In this document: positions 43,669 to 54,722 of the stretch, piece after piece | Numbering within the stretch: the stretch's first letter is position 1 | Layout: each line of letters starts with the position of its first letter | Source: an uncultured Chloroflexia bacterium | GTDB taxonomy: Bacteria; Chloroflexota; Limnocylindria; Limnocylindrales; CSP1-4 | NCBI GenBank assembly: GCA_963841545.1 | Contig: CAWJDE010000002.1 | Span: 122,875 to 186,874 of the forward strand | Direction of reading: 5' to 3' | DNA: 64,000 bases | Notes under the pieces: model-generated | The model's database searches: none | The model's input: the letters and a program-made list of their open reading frames with translations, nothing else | Told to the model about the DNA's origin: nothing | Translations under genes and position numbers: made by a program

Positions 43669-45687
43669 TCAGCCCTCGACGGTGTCCGCGGCGGACGTGC
43701 GCCGGCGGGTCGTCCGGCGCTTTGGCGCCGGGGACTCCGCGACATCCGCGGCGGACGCGGCGGACGCGTCCACGTCGGGCGTCACCTCCGCGGTCGCGGC
43801 CGCGCGGGCCGGGGTCCGTCGGGTCGTGCGGCGCTTGGGGGCGGCCGCCTCGGCCGCCTCGGCGACACCGGTCCCGGCCGGCGCCGGATCCTCCGCAGCC
43901 GCTGCCGCGCGGGCCGGAGTCCGGCGGGTCGTGCGGCGCTTGGGGGCGGCCGCCTCCGCCTGCTCGGTCGGCGTCGCGGCGACCGGAGCCGAAGCGACGG
44001 TCGCCCCGGCGTCATCCGGCGCGGCCTTCCTCGTCGTCGCCCGGGTCGTTGCCCGGGTCGTTGCCCGTCGGGTGGTGCCGCGCGTGGGGGCCGGGACATC
44101 CGAGGCCGGCGCCTCGGCCGCCGGTGCCGGGGCACCCTGGGCCAGCTGCGCCAGGAGCAGCTCCTCGAGCTCGGGCGGGACCTCGCTCCACGGATCGCCG
44201 CCGCTCGTTCGCGGCGGTCGATCGAACCGCTCCGGCCGGTCGGACCGCGGCCCACGCGTCGCCGGTCCGGTGCTCCGGGCAACCCCGCCCGGGCGCCGGC
44301 TGGGCTCCGCGTAGCGGCTGACGCTGCCGCCACGACCACCGCCATACCGCTCACGGTCGATCGCGGCCGCGTAGGCGCTGCGGGCTCCGCCGCCGCGGCC
44401 GCCGCGACCACCCCGCCGCTGTCCCTGGCGCTGCTCCGCGATCAGGTACTCGGGGATCTCGGGCTCGTCGAGGTCCTCGTCGTCCTCGGGGAGCGGCGGC
44501 AGGTCTGCGGCCGTGCGCGGTGCCGGGGGGGTCCCCAGCTGGCGATCCCACACGGACCCGAACGGCGTCGGTCGCGGTGCGCGCGGCGCGGCCTCGAGCG
44601 CCTCGAGGTCATCGAACGGCGTGGGCAGCTCGCCTGACCGACCCCGTCGCTGCCGCTCGGGCTCGCGGGCGACAGGAGGTACCTCCGCGTCGGCGGTCTC
44701 GCCGGCGACCGGCTCGACGCCTTCGTCCGGAGCGGCGGCCTCGTCGCGATGCCCGCGCCCGCGCCCGCGACCACCCCGCCGACGCCGGCGGCGGCGGCCC
44801 TCGGCGTCGACCTGGGCGCCCTCGTCCATCTCGGCGCCCTCGAGGTCCTCGGGCCCCGGCTCCTCGGCGGCGACCGGTTCGGGCTCCGCCAGGTCGTCTC
44901 GACCGTCAGGCGCCGCTGCGGCCACCGCCCGCGACAGCTTCTCGCCGGGCAGGGCCACCAGGCCAGCCGCGGCCCCCCGGGCAGCGGCCGTGCTTCGGGT
45001 GGCCACGGTGCTTCGGGCAGCGGCCGTGCCACGACCCGTGGCGCCACGGTCCGACCCGCGGGCGGCAGCCGGCGCCTCATCGCGCTCGGTGCGGGTACGG
45101 CGACCGCGGCCGCGTCCTCGACCCGTGCCCTCCGACTGCTTCTCGGGAACCTCGGTCATCGAGAGGTCCTCTTCGTCGTCGGCGACGCGGCGGCCGGAGC
45201 GGGTGGAGCCCTTGTCGACCTTGGCGATCTGGGTGATGTCGGTGAACAGGTCCGCGACGTCCATCAGGTCGGACGACGTGTTGCCACGGAAGCTGATGAC
45301 CTCGCACCGAACGCCCATCTCCTGGACGGCGCGGATCGCCGAGGCGAAGTCGCCGTCGCCCGACACGATGACCGCGATGTCGAGGTTGCGGGCCGTCTTC
45401 ATCAGGTCCACCACGAGCTCGATGTCGAGGTTCGCCTTGACCTTGCCGTCGCCGTACTTGCGGATGTCCTTGCTGACCACCTTGTAGCTGTGGCGGGCGA
45501 GGAACTGGTGGAAGTTGCGCTGGTTCTCGTTGTCCGGGTCGAGCCCGGTGTAGGCGTACGCTCGGACGAAGTCGCGTCCGGCGGTGGCCGACTTCAGCAG
45601 CGTGACGTAGTCGATGTCCACGCCGGCCGCCTTGGCCGCGTAGAAGATGTTCGCCACGTCCACGAAGACGGCGACGTTCTTGCCCAC
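43669..45687 (-). CDS. NYN/LabA-like nuclease-domain protein with a ~480-aa Arg-rich disordered tail
   Basis: GTG 5 nt after GGAG. The N-terminal 170 aa are NYN-like (VAVFVDVANIFY, DIELVVDLM, AVIVSGDGDFASAI). The remainder is R/A/P/G/E-rich with three APKRRTTRR repeats. Confidence 0.8.
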   Translation of the reverse strand: MGKNVAVFVDVANIFYAAKAAGVDIDYVTLLKSATAGRDFVRAYAYTGLDPDNENQRNFHQFLARHSYKVVSKDIRKYGDGKVKANLDIELVVDLMKTARNLDIAVIVSGDGDFASAIRAVQEMGVRCEVISFRGNTSSDLMDVADLFTDITQIAKVDKGSTRSGRRVADDEEDLSMTEVPEKQSEGTGRGRGRGRRTRTERDEAPAAARGSDRGATGRGTAAARSTVATRSTAAARGAAAGLVALPGEKLSRAVAAAAPDGRDDLAEPEPVAAEEPGPEDLEGAEMDEGAQVDAEGRRRRRRRGGRGRGRGHRDEAAAPDEGVEPVAGETADAEVPPVAREPERQRRGRSGELPTPFDDLEALEAAPRAPRPTPFGSVWDRQLGTPPAPRTAADLPPLPEDDEDLDEPEIPEYLIAEQRQGQRRGGRGGRGGGARSAYAAAIDRERYGGGRGGSVSRYAEPSRRPGGVARSTGPATRGPRSDRPERFDRPPRTSGGDPWSEVPPELEELLLAQLAQGAPAPAAEAPASDVPAPTRGTTRRATTRATTRATTRKAAPDDAGATVASAPVAATPTEQAEAAAPKRRTTRRTPARAAAAAEDPAPAGTGVAEAAEAAAPKRRTTRRTPARAAATAEVTPDVDASAASAADVAESPAPKRRTTRRRTSAADTVEG
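43697..43957. repeat. Imperfect direct repeats (~106-nt period) encoding the APKRRTTRRTPARAAA motifs
   Basis: GCCGCGCGGGCCGG(G/A)GTCCG(T/G)CGGGTCGTGCGGCGCTTGGGGGCGGCCGCCTC occurs at about 43798-43851 and 43904-43957. A degenerate third copy lies at about 43697-43731. Confidence 0.7.
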
Positions 45688-45740
45688 GTTGACTCCTATG
45701 TGTGGTTGGGCGGACCCGGGACCCCCGGCCGCCCGGTGCG

Positions 45741-46202
45741 CTAGATGCGGCGAGCGGCCGAGCCGGCCGCCGCGACCGGCCGCCGGAGCGTCGGCCCGGC
45801 GGGTGCGAACCCGGCACGCTCGAGGCGTGCCAGGTCGACGGGATCCGACGGCTGCGCCACCTCGACCGTCGAGCAACCCTTGTTGCCCGCGGACCGGAGC
45901 AGCTCCTCGAGCAGCGCGTTCGTCACGCGGTCTGCATCGTGATCCCTGGAAACGACCATCAGATCGATCGTGCCCACGTAGCCGCCGGCGACGACCGATG
46001 GCCGGAGCACGAGCACCGCACCACCGGCCAGCTCCCGGCGCGCCTCCGCGATGAGCACGCTGGCATGCGGCAGGTCGACCAGCTGACGCAGCAGGTCCGC
46101 CGCATCGAGCGCTCCCCGGTCAGGCGCGCCGATCGCGCCCTGACCGAGCGCAGCGAGGCGACCGATGTCGGTGATCCGAGCCGGTCTGACCAGGTACTCC
46201 AC
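45741..46202 (-). CDS. GNAT-fold acetyltransferase-like protein (degenerate acetyl-CoA motif)
   Basis: VEYLVRPARITDIGRL...GGYVGTIDLMVVSRDHDADRVTNALLEELLRSAGNKGCSTVEV has GNAT topology but lacks a clean R/QxxGxG/A motif. The start is GTG 46202 or ATG 46220. Confidence 0.5.
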   Translation of the reverse strand: MEYLVRPARITDIGRLAALGQGAIGAPDRGALDAADLLRQLVDLPHASVLIAEARRELAGGAVLVLRPSVVAGGYVGTIDLMVVSRDHDADRVTNALLEELLRSAGNKGCSTVEVAQPSDPVDLARLERAGFAPAGPTLRRPVAAAGSAARRI

Positions 46203-46370
46203 GCCGAAGCACGACCTCATGCAGCGAGCGGCTGAGCGCCTGGGCCCGTCCCGATCGACGATCGGCGGTGCGTCCGCGCGGCCGCGGTTGAGGATGCCGG
46301 GAGGCGAGCGACTCGACGCTCGAACAGCCGTCCCGATGCGAAATGGCACACACGGTCCGGATGCACAACC

Positions 46371-46398
46371 TTGCATCCCCGTCGCCGGTGCCTATGAT
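46371..46398 (+). promoter_or_regulatory. Sigma-70-type promoter for the LIV-type ABC operon
   Basis: TTGCAT-16 nt-TATGAT, about 160 nt upstream of the ATG at 46557. The ATG has GGAGGAGG 6 nt upstream of it. Confidence 0.55.
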
Positions 46399-46556
46399 AC
46401 GGCATCGCTCCGCGGCCCTCGCCGTGGAGCGAATGGGTCCCTCGCCCGTGTCCCCGTCACCGCCGCGCCGAGCCCTCTTCGGCCACCCAGGGACGCTGAC
46501 ACGGCCGATGAGCCTCGGAGGCTCAGGCATCCGCGAGGGCATAGGAGGAGGCGTTC

Positions 46557-47822
46557 ATGAAGCTTGCGCGTGGTACTGCGGCCATTGCCGGGCTCGCCAT
46601 CGTCGCTGCGGCATGCAGCAGCTCGCCCGGCGCCACGAGTGGCGGCGGTGGTGGCGGCGGCGGCCTGGCCGTCAAGATCGGCATCGAGCTGCCGATGAGC
46701 GGTGGTGAGGCGCCCAACGGCGTCCCGACCGCGAACGGCGTGGCACTGGCTCTCGAGCAGATCTCGGTCCCCGGCTTCACGGTGTCGATCAACCAGCAGG
46801 ACGACGCCCTCAACGGCAAGCACGACCCGAACCAGGGCGCCAAGAACATCCAGACGCTGGCCAACGACCCGGCCGTCCTGTTCGTGGTCGGCCCGTACAA
46901 CTCGAACGTTGCACAGGCCGAGATCCCCGTCAGCAACGGCGCGGGCCTGATGCAGTGCAGCCCGGCCAACACGGCCGTCGGCCTGACCAAGGGCGACGCC
47001 GCGGCGGCGTTGCGCCAGACACACCCCGACAAGATCGCCTACGTTCGCGTCGCCACCACCGACGACAACCAGGGTGCCGGCACCGCCGACATCGCGTACA
47101 ACGAGGTCGGTGCGAAGACGGCCTACGTCCTCGACGACACCCAGACGTACGGCGTTGGTCTCGACGACGGCTTCACGTCCGCGTACGAGACGTTCGGCGG
47201 AACGGTCGCCAAGCGCGACGGCGTGCCGGACTCCACGACCGACTTCACGAGCTACGTGACCACGGCCAAGGGCCTCGCCCCGGGCGTGATCATGTACGGC
47301 GGCGTCACGACGTCGGGCATCGGCCTGTTCCGCAAGCAGATGGCGTCACAGGGCGTGGCGAACATCCCGCTCGTGGGCGGCGACGGCATCGTCGACGGCT
47401 CGGCCGACACGGCCAGCTCCTTCCTCAACGTGGCGGGTCCGGACGGTGACGTGAACACCTACGGCACGGTCGCGGCGATCCACGACATCCCGAACCCCGA
47501 CAAGTTCAAGAGCGACTACAAGGCCAAGTTCAGCACCGACCCCGGCTCGTACAGCGCCCCGGGCTACGCGTGCACCCAGATCTTCCTGGAGGCGCTCAAG
47601 GCCGTCGGCTCGGGCGTGACGGACATGGCCCAGCTGCGTGAGCTCGTCCGGGCCTACGTCGCGGACACCAGCCATACCTATGACACGGTGCTCGGCACCG
47701 TCGGCTTCGACGCCAACGGCGACACCACCCAGCACACGATCTCGTACTACAAGTTCGACCCGACCACCAAGGATTGGGCGTTCTTCAAGCAGCGCGACTT
47801 CACGGCCGACCCGGTCAAGTAG
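46557..47822 (+). CDS. Branched-chain amino acid ABC transporter substrate-binding lipoprotein (LivJ/K family)
   Basis: Lipobox LAIVAAAC|SSS. Periplasmic-binding type I pattern (KIGIELPMSGGEA, VGPYNSNVA, DDTQTYGVGL). Confidence 0.9.
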   Translation: MKLARGTAAIAGLAIVAAACSSSPGATSGGGGGGGGLAVKIGIELPMSGGEAPNGVPTANGVALALEQISVPGFTVSINQQDDALNGKHDPNQGAKNIQTLANDPAVLFVVGPYNSNVAQAEIPVSNGAGLMQCSPANTAVGLTKGDAAAALRQTHPDKIAYVRVATTDDNQGAGTADIAYNEVGAKTAYVLDDTQTYGVGLDDGFTSAYETFGGTVAKRDGVPDSTTDFTSYVTTAKGLAPGVIMYGGVTTSGIGLFRKQMASQGVANIPLVGGDGIVDGSADTASSFLNVAGPDGDVNTYGTVAAIHDIPNPDKFKSDYKAKFSTDPGSYSAPGYACTQIFLEALKAVGSGVTDMAQLRELVRAYVADTSHTYDTVLGTVGFDANGDTTQHTISYYKFDPTTKDWAFFKQRDFTADPVK

Positions 47823-47837
47823 CGATCTGCACGCGAG

Positions 47838-47868
47838 GCCGGGGCGCCCGTCGAACGAGCGCCCCGGC
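47838..47868 (+). terminator. Intercistronic hairpin after the binding-protein gene
   Basis: GCCGGGGCGC-11 nt-GCGCCCCGGC, 16 nt after the stop. Possibly a partial terminator or stabiliser raising SBP:permease stoichiometry. Confidence 0.45.
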
Positions 47869-47942
47869 TCGCACGTCCCGCGATCGCTCGTGGGACCGTC
47901 CGCCCCTGCGATGCGCCATCACCCTGGAGCCATGAGGGACGA

Positions 47943-48979
47943 ATGACCACCGCCGCCTCAGCCGGTCCGAGCGCGCCGTCGTTGCGCCTGCGGGCCGGTC
48001 GCTGGAACTTCGTGATCGGCGTGGCCGCCAGTCTCGTCGGCGCCTACGTGCTGATGATCATCGGCGCGGGGGCGCAGGCGCAGGAGCAGTTCATCAACGC
48101 GCTGACCATCGGCGCGATCTACGCGCTCATCGCGCTGGGCTACACGATGGTCTACGGGATCATCGAGCTCATCAACTTCGCCCACGGCGACGTGTTCATG
48201 GTCGGCTCGTTCGTGTCGTGGTGGCTGCTGACGACGCTCGGCTTCAACGGCTCGATCCAGGACCCCGTGGTGCTGGCGGTCATCCTCGTGATCGCGTTCC
48301 TGGTATCGATGATCGTCATGGGCGCGGTCGGGGTGGTCATCGAACGGCTGGCGTACCGGCCGCTGCGCAACGCGCCCCGCCTGGCACCGCTGATCACGGC
48401 CATCGGCGTCAGCTTCATCCTCCAGAACATCATCTACGTCACGATCAGCAACTCGATCGTGACCATCCCCCAGATCATGCCCAACCCCGAGCTCATCCTC
48501 GGGCCGATCGTGATCCGCCAGGTCAACCTGTTCGTGATCGTGCTGTCGGTGCTGCTGATGGCGGCGCTCCAGCTGTTCATCAACCGGACCCGTCTCGGTC
48601 GCGCGATGCGATCCACGGCCATGGACCGCGAGGCGGCCGAGCTCATGGGCGTGGACATCAACACGACCATCGCCCTGACGTTCTTCATCGGCTCGGCGCT
48701 GGCCGGGGCTGCCGGCGTGGTCCAGGGCCTGTACTTCGGCATCAGCAAGTTCGACCTCGGCTTCCAGGCCGGCCTGAAGGCGTTCACGGCGGCGGTCCTG
48801 GGCGGGATCGGCAACACGACGGGGGCCGCCATCGGCGGCTTCATGATCGGCTTCATCGAGGTGCTGTCGTCGGTCTTCGGATACGGTCGCTGGAGCGAGG
48901 CGGCGGTGTTCGCCGCCCTCGTCCTGGTCCTGATCTTCCGGCCCACGGGCATCCTCGGCCAGCAGGCGGCGGATCGAGC

Positions 48980-48983
<4 letters not shown>
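47943..48983 (+). CDS. livH: Branched-chain amino acid ABC transporter permease
   Basis: INALTIGAIYALIALGYTMVYGIIELINFAHGD, a typical LivH start motif, and multiple TM helices. Confidence 0.9.
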
Positions 48984-50208
<1,225 letters not shown>

Positions 50209-50212
<4 letters not shown>

Positions 50213-51237
50213 CCGCCAGCCAGCTGCCGGTCGCGGCGGGCTCCGGCCCGACCCTCATCCTGCACGCCCGGAAGGTCACCAAGCGCTTCGGCGGCCTGGT
50301 GGCCGTGCGCGAGGTCGACTTCGACATCCCGTCCGGCGCGATCGTGAGCCTGATCGGCCCCAACGGCGCCGGAAAGACGACGTTCTTCAACGTGATCGCC
50401 GGGCTGTACGACCCGACGTCGGGCTCCGTCGAGTTCCTCGGCCGGCAGATGATCTCGCAGCCCGTGCGCGCCTGGGCCGAACCGCTGTTCTGGTTCGCCC
50501 TGCCGCTCCCAGCGCTGATCCTGTCGCTCATCGGGTTCGGGCTCGGGGTCAACCTCCTCGGCGAGCTGCTGCTGCTGGTCACGCTCGGGCTCCTCGTCGG
50601 CTCGCTGCTCATCGCGGTGATCCGGCCGCCGTGGTACGGCGATCTGCTGCGCCGGGTCTCCATCTTCCGCAGCGCCCGGCCGCACGAGATCGTCACGCTC
50701 GGCATCGGCCGGACCTTCCAGAACATCCGCCTGTTCCAGAACATGACCGCGCTCGAGAACGTGCTCGTCGGGATGCACGCACGGATGGGCGCCTCACCGC
50801 TCGATGCCGTGCTGCGGCTGCGTCGGCACACGGACGAGGAGCGGACCTCGCGCGAGCGGGCGCTGGAGTGGCTGCGCTACGTCGGGCTCGACGGCCGCGA
50901 CGAGGAGCTGGCCCGCAACCTCCCGTACGGCGACCAGCGCCGGCTCGAGATCGCCCGGGCACTGGCCAGCCAGCCGAAGCTGCTGCTGCTCGACGAGCCG
51001 ACCGCGGGCATGAACCCGGTCGAGACCACGCAGATGACCGCCCTGTTCGGCCGGATCCGGGACGAGCTCGGGATCACGCTGCTGCTGATCGAGCACGACA
51101 TGCGCGTCGTGATGGGGGTCAGTGACCGGGTCACGGTGCTCGATCATGGCGAGAAGATCGCGGAGGGCTCGCCGGAGGCGGTGCGCAGCGACCCACGCGT
51201 GATCGAGGCCTACCTGGGCAAGGGGGCGGCGTCGTGA
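50209..51237 (+). CDS. livG: Branched-chain amino acid ABC transporter ATP-binding protein with a hydrophobic insertion
   Basis: Walker A GPNGAGKTT, signature YGDQRRLEIARAL, Walker B LLLLDEPTAGMN. A ~73-aa insertion with two hydrophobic helices lies between Walker A and the Q-loop. Confidence 0.9.
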
Positions 51238-52031
51238 GCGGGGACGCGCAGCCGGTGAGCGCCCGGGTCGGGACCCCCACGCCCGCGGCGGCCGCCACCG
51301 ACGGTGGCACCGACGCGCCGCCGGTGGTGCTGCGGCTGACCGATGTGCACACCTACTACGGCCACATCCACGCGCTCCAGGGCATCTCGCTCGAGGTGCG
51401 ATCCGGCGAGATCGTGACCCTCCTCGGGTCCAATGGTGCCGGCAAGACCACGACGCTCAAGACGATCCACGGGCTGCTCCATCCCCGACGCGGCAAGGTC
51501 GAGTTCAACGGCGCCGACGTCACGCACGTCCCCGCCCACGAGCTCGTCCGCCACGGCATCGGCCAGGCGCCCGAGGGTCGCCGGATCTTCGGCCGGATGA
51601 CCGTCCTCGAGAACCTGCAGATGGGCGCCTACAGCCGGACCGACCGGCGCCATCTCCAGCCCGACTTCGACCGGGTGTTCGAGCTGTTCCCGAGGCTGCT
51701 CGAGCGACGCAGCCAGCACGCCGGCACGCTGTCCGGCGGCGAGCAGCAGATGCTGGCCATCGGGCGCGCCCTGATGACGCAACCGAAGCTGCTCCTGCTC
51801 GACGAGCCGTCGATGGGCCTTGCCCCGATCCTCGTGGAGCAGATCTTCGCGATCATCCAGGACATCAACCGCCAGGGCACCACCATCCTGCTGGTCGAGC
51901 AGAACGCGCTCATGGCGCTGGGTGTCGCGGCCCGCGGCTACGTCCTCCAGACCGGCCGGATCGTCCGATCCGGGGATTCGAAGCTGCTGCTCGAGGACGA
52001 AGAGGTCAAGAAGGCGTACCTCGGCGGCTGA
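51234..52031 (+). CDS. livF: Branched-chain amino acid ABC transporter ATP-binding protein
   Basis: GSNGAGKTT, LSGGEQQMLAIGRAL, LLLLDEPSMGLAP. Overlaps livG by 4 nt. Confidence 0.9.
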   Translation: MSGDAQPVSARVGTPTPAAAATDGGTDAPPVVLRLTDVHTYYGHIHALQGISLEVRSGEIVTLLGSNGAGKTTTLKTIHGLLHPRRGKVEFNGADVTHVPAHELVRHGIGQAPEGRRIFGRMTVLENLQMGAYSRTDRRHLQPDFDRVFELFPRLLERRSQHAGTLSGGEQQMLAIGRALMTQPKLLLLDEPSMGLAPILVEQIFAIIQDINRQGTTILLVEQNALMALGVAARGYVLQTGRIVRSGDSKLLLEDEEVKKAYLGG

Positions 52032-52100
52032 GACCTCCGGTCGCCGGGACGTTCGCGATCGGAGCCGTTCGCCCGCCGTCCACCTCGTCAGGCGGGGCGT

Positions 52101-52880
52101 ATGGTTGGGACAGGAACCGTGGACACGTCCCCCGCTCCGATCCGCACCGTCCCGGTCGCGCACGGGCGATCGTGGCCGGCCCGCGCCGCCGTGCTCGGCG
52201 CGATCCTGGTGGCCGTCAGCGTCGTGCGGCCCTGGGGGGATGCATCGGTCACCGGCAGGGACGGCCGCGATGCGGTCGTGGTTGGGGCCGGCGGCAGCGA
52301 GCGGCGCGATGCGGAGCGGCCGGAGCCCACGCCGGCGCCGAGCCCGCGGCGAACGCTCGGACCCGATGAGATCGAGTGCCCCGCTGCCGGCTCCCAGCTC
52401 GTCTCGCTCGACCGGCTGGGAACGTGGACCGTCCGAACCTGGGTGGATGCGCAGCCCGCGGCGGCGTTCGGACCCGACGACCCGACGATTCGCACCGTCG
52501 TGCTGGCGAGCCCGGCGGTGCTCGGGATCGGCGTCTGCATGCGCGTGGGGCCCGGCACACCCGGAAAAGACCCTGCGGCGCCGGCGCCCGGCCTGGACGC
52601 CTCGCTGACCGCGGCCTGGTCCGTGGTCCGTCGCGATGTCCGGCCCCTCATGGTCGAGCCGATCAGCGCGTCCGTGGGCGCGGCCGACATGGCGGTCCTC
52701 TACCGGCCGGTCATCGACGGCTCGGGCGCACCCGGCGGCGTCAGCGGGCCGCGAGCCTGGCCGCCCGGCCGATACGTGCTCCGGATCGCCCGCGCCGTCC
52801 CGTCCGGTCCGGGCGACGCGGCCGCGGCCGACGGCGTCGCGGGCTGGTTCATCGCCGTGGAGATCCCGGATCGGGGCTGA
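52101..52880 (+). CDS. Hypothetical membrane-anchored protein
   Basis: One TM helix (AAVLGAILVAVSVV) followed by a non-repetitive ~200-aa domain. I recognise no family. Confidence 0.45.
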   Translation: MVGTGTVDTSPAPIRTVPVAHGRSWPARAAVLGAILVAVSVVRPWGDASVTGRDGRDAVVVGAGGSERRDAERPEPTPAPSPRRTLGPDEIECPAAGSQLVSLDRLGTWTVRTWVDAQPAAAFGPDDPTIRTVVLASPAVLGIGVCMRVGPGTPGKDPAAPAPGLDASLTAAWSVVRRDVRPLMVEPISASVGAADMAVLYRPVIDGSGAPGGVSGPRAWPPGRYVLRIARAVPSGPGDAAAADGVAGWFIAVEIPDRG

Positions 52881-52952
52881 CCGGCCGATCGTCCGACCGC
52901 CCTGGGGCCGGGTTCGAGCCGCACCGTTGCGGCCTCGGCCGGCCCGTCGTGG

Positions 52953-53378
52953 TCAGCGCCGGGGCGGCTCCAGCACGATGTCGTAGGCGGCACGCCCGAG
53001 CATGATCGCGCCCAGGGCGGCGATCCAGAACCCGTAGGCGCGGTCGGGCAGCAGCCCCTCGGGGGCGTCGAGGACGTTCACGTTGGGCAGCCAGAGCGCG
53101 ACACCCAGGACGGCAACCACGGCCAGCAGCGCGAACGCCAATGGGTGGTCGATGCCGATCGGACGCTCGCCGGCGGCATAGGGCAGCGTGACCAGCGCGA
53201 GCGTGGCCAGACCGGCCAGGAACGCCAGCATCCCGGTCCCGTCGAACGCGCGGTAGACCGTCTCGGGCAGGCCGCCGTCACCGCCCAGGACGTACCAGGG
53301 CAGCAGGCAGCCGGCGAGGACGACGATCGCGCCCAGGGCCGCCAGGCGCCGGCCGGCACCGAGTGGCCGCCGATGCAT
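52953..53378 (-). CDS. Hypothetical integral membrane protein (4 TM helices)
   Basis: LAALGAIVVLAGCLLPWYV, MLAFLAGLATLALVTLPY, LAFALLAVVAVLGVALWL, FWIAALGAIMLG. The ATG shares a base with the hpt stop (TGATG). Confidence 0.6.
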   Translation of the reverse strand: MHRRPLGAGRRLAALGAIVVLAGCLLPWYVLGGDGGLPETVYRAFDGTGMLAFLAGLATLALVTLPYAAGERPIGIDHPLAFALLAVVAVLGVALWLPNVNVLDAPEGLLPDRAYGFWIAALGAIMLGRAAYDIVLEPPRR

Positions 53379-53944
53379 CAGTCTCCCTCACCGTAGACCT
53401 CGGGGCGGAGCACGCCCACGAAGCGCAGGTTCCGGTACCGCTCACCGTAGTCGAGCCCGTACCCGACCACGAACTGGTCCGGGATCTCGAACCCGATGTA
53501 GTCGACCGGGATGTCCACCAGGCGCCGGGCGGGCTTGTCGAGCAGGGTGCAGATCCGCAGCGAGGCCGGGTTCTTGCCGCGCAGGTAGCGGATCAGGTAG
53601 TTGAGCGTGAGGCCCGTATCGATGATGTCCTCGACCAGCAGCACATCCTCGCCTGCGATGCTGGCGGACAGGTCCTTCATGATCCGGACCAGCCCGGACG
53701 ACTCGGTCGAGGTGCCGCCATAGGAGCTGACCTCCATCAGGTCGATCCGCAGCGGCAGCGGGATCTCGCGCATGAGGTCGGCCATGAACGGCAACGAGCC
53801 CTTGAGCACGCTCACCAGCGTCAGCGGCCGCCCCGCATAGTCTGCGGCGATGCGCCGGCCGAGGTCGGCCACCTTGGCGGCGATGTCGTCCTCGGTGAGC
53901 AGGATGTCACCGATGTCGGCCTGGAGATCAGCGGTGCGAGTCAT
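53378..53944 (-). CDS. hpt: Hypoxanthine phosphoribosyltransferase
   Basis: VLKGSLPFMADL, PRPP loop VLLVEDIIDTGLTL, VVGYGLDYGERYRNL. Confidence 0.9.
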   Translation of the reverse strand: MTRTADLQADIGDILLTEDDIAAKVADLGRRIAADYAGRPLTLVSVLKGSLPFMADLMREIPLPLRIDLMEVSSYGGTSTESSGLVRIMKDLSASIAGEDVLLVEDIIDTGLTLNYLIRYLRGKNPASLRICTLLDKPARRLVDIPVDYIGFEIPDQFVVGYGLDYGERYRNLRFVGVLRPEVYGEGD

Positions 53945-54038
53945 GGGCGGGTCGGCGGTGCCTCCACGTCAGGCGTCTCGAACGGGTGGGCTTCGATGAT
54001 CGCGCGTCCGGCGGTGACGCGCACGACGTCCGGGCGGC

Positions 54039-54722
54039 TCACCCGGACCCGGAACGATCACCGGGCGCGGGTGCGACCGGGCCGGCCGCCGCGGGGTGGC
54101 GACGGCGCCGTCCGCGGCGACGACCGCGCGCGCCGGCGGGGATCGCGGCCGTGGCACCTGGCTCGGATCCATCCTCGAGCGGAGGCTGGACGGATGCGGG
54201 CAGGGGCGGCGGCATCTCGGCCGCCTCGCCCCGCAGCTGCGCCGCGGCCGTCTCCGCCCGCAGCGGCGGCGAGTCCCGGATCGGCCGCGACGGCGACGCC
54301 TGCCCCGTGGTCCCCGTCAGCTCGTCGATCAGCGCCATCCGCCCGAACTTGAGCATCAGCATCCGGAAGTCGCGGGCGTAGAACAGCTTGATGCGAACGT
54401 CCGGATACAGCGCCCGCAGCCGTCGCAGCTTGCGGTTCTTCTTGCGGACCAGCTTCTGCCTGAGCGTGGTGAGCTCGACGTACAGCTCGAGGTCCGGCAG
54501 GTAGAAGTCCGGCGAGAAGCTCTCGACCACGTCGCCGTCGAGGTTCCAGCCGATCGGGAACGTGTCCGGCTCGTACGACCACCGGACGTCGTAGAAGTCG
54601 AGGATCCGCGCCAGCTCGGCCTCGCTCGCATGCGCGAACGCCGGGCTCGCGTGCGCGCGGACCGGGCCTGCGGCCGCGGGGCCTGCGTCCGCGGGGGACG
54701 GCCGGCCGCTCGGCTCGCTCAC
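54039..54722 (-). CDS. Conserved hypothetical protein, possible PD-(D/E)xK-like core
   Basis: GTG start overlapping the upstream stop (GTGA). Core SEAELARILDFYDVRWSYEPDTFPIGWNLDGDVVESFSPDFYLPDLELYVELTTLRQKLVRKKNRKLRRL. Disordered Pro/Arg-rich tail. Confidence 0.6.
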   Translation of the reverse strand: MSEPSGRPSPADAGPAAAGPVRAHASPAFAHASEAELARILDFYDVRWSYEPDTFPIGWNLDGDVVESFSPDFYLPDLELYVELTTLRQKLVRKKNRKLRRLRALYPDVRIKLFYARDFRMLMLKFGRMALIDELTGTTGQASPSRPIRDSPPLRAETAAAQLRGEAAEMPPPLPASVQPPLEDGSEPGATAAIPAGARGRRRGRRRRHPAAAGPVAPAPGDRSGSG

